Source of the DNA: Thalia democratica
Lineage: Eukaryota
Direction: 5' to 3'
Length of the DNA stretch: 64,000 bases
NCBI GenBank assembly: GCA_965202585.1
Contig: OZ241829.1
Coordinates: forward strand, 18,166,001-18,230,000
Shown here: positions 52,601 to 61,600 of the stretch, one piece after another
Layout: each line of letters starts with the position of its first letter
Position numbering within the stretch: the stretch's first letter is position 1
Notes under the pieces: model-generated
Database searches by the model: none
Told to the model about the DNA's origin: nothing
What the model saw: only the letters and a program-made list of their open reading frames with translations
Program-made: the position numbers and the translations under genes

Positions 52601-55600
52601 TAAAAATCGTTTAAAGAATTTGAACGGTCAAATTTTAATTTATACTACAAATAATGATTAGGTATAAAAAACTCTTATTTACTGAAAATATTATTTCAAG
52701 CCAAATTACCGGGAATGCACTCCATAGTAGGTCTCCATTTTCCGTCTGATCCGCAAGTTATATTGCCTGCCGTTTGCACAAAGTTTTCAAAGCATTTATG
52801 AGACACGACTGTACCGGGAATGAGCAGCGATGGCGCGTTTGTAGGAGCACTGTTTTCGACAGACGGTATTTTGTCACACTCTGTTTAAAATAACGAAACT
52901 GTTATCCATGCACATTTAACTTGAAGAATGGTAGGTTTTGATATGTTTGAATAAATTTTTTATTGTTTGTTTAGGCAGCTAAGTTTTAACTTCTAAAAGT
53001 AAGTAAAACAATTAATAGCTGTTAAATTATAACTTTGTTGTATGTATGGAAAAAATGACTCTTTTTAGTTTTCTGACTTATAGCCATGTAACCTATTGAA
53101 ATATAAATTATAAATTGTTTTCTACTTAAGTTGGATAACGTTCATCAGAGTATTAATACTTATACATCATAAACAATGTCAAAAATAAGCAAAATTCGTT
53201 TCTAAAGTTGTCAAATAAGACTAAAAAAAGATTGTAGTTTTACCTACGTTGTTTTTATTATATTTTTTAATGAGTTTTAGTTTCAGGCTTTTAGTAACGA
53301 TAATTCTGATTACAAATTAAACTTAAAATAAAATTGATCCACGTTAAACTCTAAAAATTATTTTTATAACGATTTCTTTTTAAACTGCAATAATTAAACC
53401 TTTAACGCACTGCGGTAATCTTGTAAAGCTCCACCCGTACTTTGATGTGCAAGGAAAAATTTTACCAGCGTCTTCTTTTCGATTAAAAACATGCCCGCGA
53501 AGACATTCATACCTAATTACTATGCTCTGAATAATCCCGTTGTCGGAACTTTCATAGGACTCTACTACTCGTCTGCTGTTGTTCACGAGTGGAATTACCG
53601 AACATGCTGTTAGAAATTAATAAGTATAAAATGTTTAAAGCAAGTTCAGTATCAGAACTTGAACTTTTAAATTTTTTAGCGAAATACAAAAAATTGTTTT
53701 CTGTGAGTGATTTTCAAATATCTTACTGTAACAAAGAGTAGGTACCAAAAATATCATACTTTTCTTGAATAAACAAACTTATATACTACTTGATTTTAAA
53801 AACTCTTTGAAGTAAATTTTAAAGATATAACTTGTACAATTTCAAACTATAAACTGGCTGTTTATAGCATTTAACGTAGTTTTTATCAAAAATTATCAAC
53901 AAAAAGCAAACTCTGTCTGCATTCAGGAGCGCTTTTATGACTCCAGGTGCCATCTTTCCTGCAGGTAAGAACTTCAGGTTGGTTGTACTTGAAAGAGTAT
54001 CCTTCAACACAAGTGTAAGTAACATTTGTACCGCTCCAAAACGCGCCTGTTTGGTAACTGTAGTCTACTGTCATTGTTGATAGTGAACCTTCTGGTGGAG
54101 AGGGACATTCTAGAATCAATAATCACGTTAGCTTCTAAGTTTCTAGATAGAATATAGAAGTAATAATTGTATATCTACAACTTACGACATCCTATTACTT
54201 AACTTTGTGAACTTGTTTTTTATTTATAAAATAACATTCCTAGAAGGCAATAGTAATATCTAAGTATAAAACTTTCAATTACAAAACAGTAAAAGATGTC
54301 AAACTACTAATGAAACACAGCATATATTTTTAGGAATGTAGTAAATAACTGTGATTTTACTTAACTTTAAGCATGATCAAGGAAAACTTACTTTTAACGC
54401 AGACGGGGCGTGGTCTGAACTTTCCTGACGTCGCACACGTAGACACGGTTCCGAACCCTGGCGGAGTTTGGAATCCTTCGGTGCAGATGTAGGTGACGCG
54501 CTGAGGAATCCTGATCACTGATCCTAATCCGGTTACCACTTCTTCGTACTGGTTGATGCGGTAACGGCCGTCTTCTATGTTATCAGGAGCTCCGCAGTCT
54601 ATATTTTAAATTCAAGCATTATATGGTAATCAAAAGGCCCAGAGAACTTGAAATGAAACTTTTATAGTTACTAAAATAGGAACTAAATAGCATTTATACT
54701 AGATATAAGACTATAAAAATATAAACCAAAGTCTAATTGTTAGTTTATTGTAGGAGTATTTAAGTATAGTAAATAAATAAAGTATAGTATCAAGTATAGT
54801 AAATAAAATAAATACCATGAAAAAAATTTATGTGTCACTGATTAAAAGAACTAACATGTATTTCTATATTCAAAAAACAATCAAAAATACTATTTCTTTA
54901 TCATTTACTTTTAACACAGCTGTTAGCAGTTACATTCCAATCTCCATTGTTTGAGCACTTGGCAAACAGCTTTGTTGAATCTTTGAGGACGTAGTTTTCA
55001 TTGCAGCTAAATTTTATAACTGCACCATTGCTTATTTTGTTACCTCCTGATACTAAAATTACATTTAACGCTTCGGTTGCTTCAATTTCCTTGCACTCTG
55101 AAAATTTAGTTAAGTTTTTGTAAAGCACAATATTGTTTGTTTTTGCAGCTGTAAATATTTTTATATTTAATAAGGAAAATGAAATCTAGTTACAAATATT
55201 GAATCAAAAATAGTTTCCACGACCTACTCTTACGTAGGAATACTAATAAAATTTATTGAATTTATGTTAAAATAGTATAATAGTATAATGTTAAAAGCTT
55301 TTTAGTTTAAAAGCTTCACCATTTTCGCTTCAGAAAAAAAGATTTTTTATATAAGACATATTTCTATTTCGAAAGAATAAGTTTGTCTATAGTAAACACA
55401 TGAATTTTAATTGCACACTGTTTAACAAACTTAAGTTGAAATGAAGTTTTGATTTTATCACTTAGACAATCACAGACCACAAGCTCTGAGACCTAAGTCT
55501 CGTTCATACTTATATTAATCAGTCAGTCGCAATTAAAGTTTATTGTAAAATAGCTTGTGGTCTACAAATACAAGTGGTATGATCAAATCATGTTGTTAAG

Positions 55601-58600
55601 TTAAGTTTATTCGTAAGCTTTGTATATAAAAATCCAGCATTTGCCTCTGATGACTTTCACCGATGTTTTCGTGTATCACTCTTTGACAAATATTAACGTT
55701 ACTAATTTAAAGAATTTATTATCTTTTTAATAAAGCCTATCAGTTTTTTAGCTTTTATGAGCTTAAACCTTAGCAAGTTTTATTAATTTTTATACAACGA
55801 CTACACTTTTCAAGCAAAGCTGTGTGTTTTACTACTTTTTTGTATCATAAAAAAACTAACCTTTCACACAGTTAAACTCATCACCACTCCAAAAACCGCC
55901 TTCTAAACAATTGTAATCGGTACTTGCAGACGCAGGTGTTGTTATAAACGGTTCTATGCAAGTGTAGGAAACTTTTAGCTCTATTTCTAAATTCTCATCT
56001 ACTTTGTTCGTTTTATGTACATGTTTATCTGCGTTAGGTACATTTGGCGAACGACCACAACCTATAAAAAGGTTAGTAAATATCTTTCCATTTTATTAAA
56101 TTATCAATTACATTTTTCAAATATAAATACAAGCAGAAAAAGTAATAATAAAAGAGTAAAAACTTTTATAAAATTTAATGTTGATGGTTAAAACTTTTAA
56201 ACTATCGTAACTAAAAAAGTTTTTGACTTGTAAAAATTATATTTACTAGTAAAGCATTGTATGGGCGGATCCCAAACTCCATCGACACTGCAGGCAGATT
56301 CGTAGTTGCTCTGATCGTAACCCTCGTTACACCAGTATTCTATTGCGGTTCCTGCTAAATACACACCGTCTCTTTTGTTCTCATTGATAAATGAGTAGAG
56401 GAAGGTGAATCTTCCTGATGGATCATAGTTTCTAATTACACCGCATTCTGCATAAAAAGGAATTTTATTGTAATTTTAAAACGGAAGTTAGCTGCAGCAG
56501 ATGTATCCATCGATTTTATGTAGTACTGATTTTTAATAACCAAAGTAGTAAATGTAGTATTTTAATGTCTTTAAGCCTTATCATAAAATCAAAAACTAAA
56601 AATCTTAACACTTTGGCCTTAACAAATGACAGATTTTGCTGCAAGTTATAAATTGTTCATACCTTTTAAACAGGTAGGCAGCTCTTTAGGGGTCCATAGT
56701 TCGCCCAAGTTGCACTCAAACCTCATGTTGGCAGTCTCATCGCTGAGATGATACCCCTCAATACACTCGAATTCAACAACATGGCGTACCACATCTTCAG
56801 TAGCGGAAACATTGAGCTCAAGCGTGTTGTAGTTAGAGTTTTCAATTAAAGGAGGCTGGTCACAAGCTTAAAAAAGGTTTTGCCTTAAATAAAAACTTGG
56901 CTTAAGTTCGTAGTAAACTTGGCACTAAGCTTTAATTTTGTAATAAAATATGAAATAAGAATCTTTGGTTTTTTCAAACTTTATAAATAACTGTTAGACC
57001 TACTCCTTTATTTTTATATGTTTTGAAATTTACATATTTAAGTTAGATTTTTCTCACCTTCTTTAACTCGTAAAACTTATTAATACTGTAAAGCTATAGT
57101 ATTAAGTTTTTTAACATGGTTCTTACATCTTAAGTTAATACCACTCACCCGGAACACAACGTGGAGCGCGATCCACGTCCCAGCTGCCATCTCTGCCACA
57201 AGTCGTTGCTCCAATTTCGCCCAGCGCCAGTTTGTGCGCAGCGGAGGTGCAAGCGTAGGTCACCCGGGTGTCGGTCCAAAATTCCCCTTTTCTGTGACTG
57301 AACGTGATGTTCCAACGAGTTTGGTTGTTTTTGGGAAGAACATCGCACTCTGTTTTATGGTTAAAGAAAAAAAAAGGTTCAATAAAAAGAACAATTGAAA
57401 ACTATAACATATACTTTATTATGATACAACATGTTATAAATAAAAACTAATGAAATCAAAAATAATACTATGGTGTATAATGTTTTATGTTTTATTATTT
57501 AAAACTTAATGATAGAACTTTAAATTTATTTAAAATTTCAGACTTAAAATTTTAGGTTTTAACTTAAAAAGAAGTGCATAAACTTCTTTAAATACTGTAT
57601 TTGAAAAAAATACCTTTAATGCAAATAGGCACGACAGAATTGTTATATAACCCATTTTTTAAACATTCTAAGACATAATTATCTGCCATGCCAGTGTGGA
57701 ATTGGTATCCTTCATCACAAACGAATTTGAATGTGTCAGATTGCACATACAAGTCAGCACGAGTTTGGATAACAACAATAAGTTTTCCGTCTGGTATTTC
57801 ATCGAGTGCTGGACATTCTATAAAAATAATAAAATCACTTTGTTACACGAAATACTCAATTATAACACGTCAAAAAATTTATCTAGATTCTTGACACTTT
57901 ATACTTATTACTTAGTATATATAAATTGAAAAGTTTCAAAAATCAATAAAATGAAAGTCATGATTATTAAGAAATAAACTTTTCAAGCAAGTCGGAAAAG
58001 TTGAGTTCCAATCTCCGTCTTCGTTGCACCTAATTGCTGAAAGTTGAGGATCATCAATCGCATACCCCTCTTCACAAGACATGTACAAAACAAAGTCAGT
58101 TACGAAAAGTTCATCATAAACACTAGTTGGTGCCATTTGTAAACCAGTTGTCATATTAAATCTAGGACATTCTGTTAGTTTAATTTATTGAGATTTTAAC
58201 AAGATATACTTTAGTAAACGTTTGTTTATTGAATTTTAGTTAACTAGTCTGCAACGCTTAATACATTAACATATATTTAAAAGTTCTTTTGAAAGTAAAA
58301 TAATTTCCACTTTTGTGTTGATAGAATTTTAGATTTTATGGAAAAGTTCTAAAAAAAGCAACCTAAAACTAAACTTACTTTGTCCGCATTTAGGAGCGGT
58401 TTCGTGACTCCAGGTGCCATCTTTACCGCAGGTAAGAACTTCAGGTTGGTTGTACTTGAAAGAGTATCCTACAAAACAAGTGTAAGTAACCTTAGTACCG
58501 CTCCAAAACACGCCTGCTTGGTAACTGTAGTCTACTGTCATTGTTGATAGTGAACCTTCTGGTGGAGACGGACATTCTGGAAAGCAAAGTTTTTAGCTCA

Positions 58601-61600
58601 GGAAAATTAGATTTAATTTTAAGCAAATTTAGTACTCATTAAATCCTGACTTTTTATTAGTTATAAAATGTATATTAGAAAAATTTATCAGTATTAAATA
58701 TTTTGGGTCTTATCAGTAGTTCTAACAAACTAAAGTTTAGTTGTTTTTTTTTTTTGCATTTAGAAATACCTTATGTAAAAAGATTTTATGCTTTTGCTTA
58801 AATTCTAATTAGAAAAACCAAACAAAAAACATTGTTTACTTTTAAATAAGGTGCATAAGGTAATATTCGTTATTAAATTAATGAAATTTCTAAATAACTG
58901 ATTCATGGACTATAAAACACTAGCGCAATATTTTATTAAGACTAAAACCAACTTAATAAACTTTCAACAAACTACCAACTTTTTAAACAAACAGGATATG
59001 ACGGCTCAAATTTTCCAGTTTTTTCATTGCAATTCAATTCAGCCGGCAGTTCAGATGGTTTGCTGAAACCTTCATTGCAAGAGTACAAAACTTGATGTGG
59101 AATTGCTATTTCAAACGACGATCCAGAGTAGGACACAATGACATTTTCATACAAAGTCGTTTTGAACTTTCCATTTTCGATGGGCTTAGGTGTGCCACAA
59201 TCTACATAATGGACTTGGCGTATACTCATTTTATAAGGTTAAAAGGAATTAAAACAGTATTAATTACAAAAACCTTTTGAGGCCATTTGAAATTACTAAC
59301 TTTAACACTTAGGTGGAAATAAGCTTTAAACTAAAGTCAATGCACATAGTTTATATATAAATTATTAAACTAAAGCTGTGATAGGGCTGAAAAAAATAAA
59401 CCAAGATAACAAATACGGCAACTATTTTTTCTATGTAATAACTTATTTTACCTGCGTAGATTAACTATTCTACGTTTAATTAAAAGCTTTAATTTTGTCA
59501 CTAATAGCGCTTCAACCGACCTTTGACACAAAAAGGAGTAGAAATGCTCCACTCGCCGTTTTGTAAGCATTCAGCAACCAAATTTGTCGAGTCGCTGAGA
59601 ATATAATTTTCAACGCAGCTAAACTTGACAGTTGCTCCGCTGAAGAGCTTACCGCCATAATGAGTTTCGCTGCTAGAATTTATAAGCAGACCTCCAGTTG
59701 GTACTATCTCGGTGCACTCTGAAACAAAATCAATGTAAAGGATTAATAATACAACCAAAAAAATATATATCTTACTATGCAAGCAGCTAAATTCCTCTTT
59801 AGTCCAAGACCCTCCATTGATGCAATTATACGTGGTTCCGGCGTTTTCAGGAACTAAGTAGTAAGGCTCTCGACAAATATAAGACACATTGAGCTCAACT
59901 TTTGTTTCAAGATCAACTTCAAACTTTTCATTGACAGTTTTCAATGCGTTTAGTATATTTGGTGAAGGACCACATTCTTTTAATTAAAACAACTTTTTTA
60001 GTTTGTTTAGAAAATAAATAAAGATTTTATATCATAGAATAATTATCTTTTATATTTTAACTACTACTTATCTTAAAAAATTCTTACCAGGATAGCACTC
60101 TATGACTGGATACCATTTACCATCAACACCACAAGTAGAAACTGTTGCGTTTTGTACGTAATTATCCTTGCAAATGTACTCAACAGAAGTACTATTTAGA
60201 AGAATGCCGTTTCTTTCGTTTGTGTTTGTAGTTTTGTTGGATTTGGTTTTTTCAACAACTGGAGTATCATCACACTCTTAAAAATTTTAAATATACAGAG
60301 ACAAATAAATACTACATACTTACGAAGATTGTTTCAAAATACCTGAAAAATTCTATTAGGTAAAAAAAAAGTTAATATTTGCATTCATTAGTTATTCTCT
60401 GCTTAATATTTAAACACTTATTTATTATTTAAAACTTTAAAACCAAGTTTTAGAATTATTCCAGTTTATCATCATAGCTTTTTATATCTAAATCTCAAAC
60501 TAAATGAAGTAGTTTATTATCAAAGACTTAACAATACATTGGTAAAGATGAGCTAAAAGATAAATTTTGTATAATGTGAACTTATTTATCTACCTTTTAT
60601 GCAAAATATCGGATCATTAGGTAACCATGAGGATTGTCTGTTGCTGCACTCAGATCGAACAACAGCAGATTCGTTGCTCAGATAATAGCCGGGTTTGCAA
60701 GAATACTCAACAACATACAACTCTACAACCCCACTATCTGATGTTTCAAGGTCTATTGTCATGATGTTCGAGTTTTCTACAATAGGAGGATTTTCGCAAG
60801 CTAAAAAACAAAAAAAAATATAATAATTAAAAAAAAAGCTATATAAATAGTTGTAAGTATAAAGTTCGTTTAAAAGCAAACTTTTCAAAGTTATTTGTTT
60901 TTAAATATAGCTACATGAGTAAATAAAAATGTGCAAATTAAATATTTTAATTACTACCAGATTTCGGTAGTAATTAGGTATTCGCAAAAAAATACAACCT
61001 TTTCAACTAAAATAAAATAGTAAACTGCGCATAACAATGTTGCACATTTTGATTTGCACATTTTTATTTTTATAAGTTCTTTACATTTCAGTAAATTGAG
61101 CAATCTTTTTTAATTAAGACAAGTAACTATATATAGCTACTATATAAAACAAGTTTTTTGTAGCATTAAAAAACTTCCTAAAACTTTTTTTTTTGAAAAC
61201 TAATAAACTACTCAGCAAAATAAGTATTAAATATTTATAATAAGACGGACTAACGAAACTAAGAGATCAAAACAAAATAAAACTGCAGTGCTAAACCAGT
61301 TTTGATATTAACAGATATGTTTTTTTCTTATATATTTATTTATTAAATTTTAACCCGGAACACAAGTAGGAGCGAAATCATGATCCCAAAGTCCGTTTCT
61401 GCCACAAGTCAGCTTTTTAGGCTCGTTCCATTTGGGAGTGAACGAAGCGTTGCTGCAAGCGTAAACTACTTGGGTTCCAGTCCACATTTCACCATCTATG
61501 TGGCTGAATGATACCTTCCAGTAGACTGAATCACCTTCGGGTGGACTGATGCAATCTATCGGTTTGTTATTTTATTTTACAACATATATACTTTATCGTT

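Noticed and set aside
55470-55700. Inverted repeat AGACCACAAGCT..AGCTTGTGGTCT and a nearby CTGATGA as a MITE or hammerhead
   Set aside because: No TSD, and no downstream GAAA or stem II/III to complete a ribozyme.
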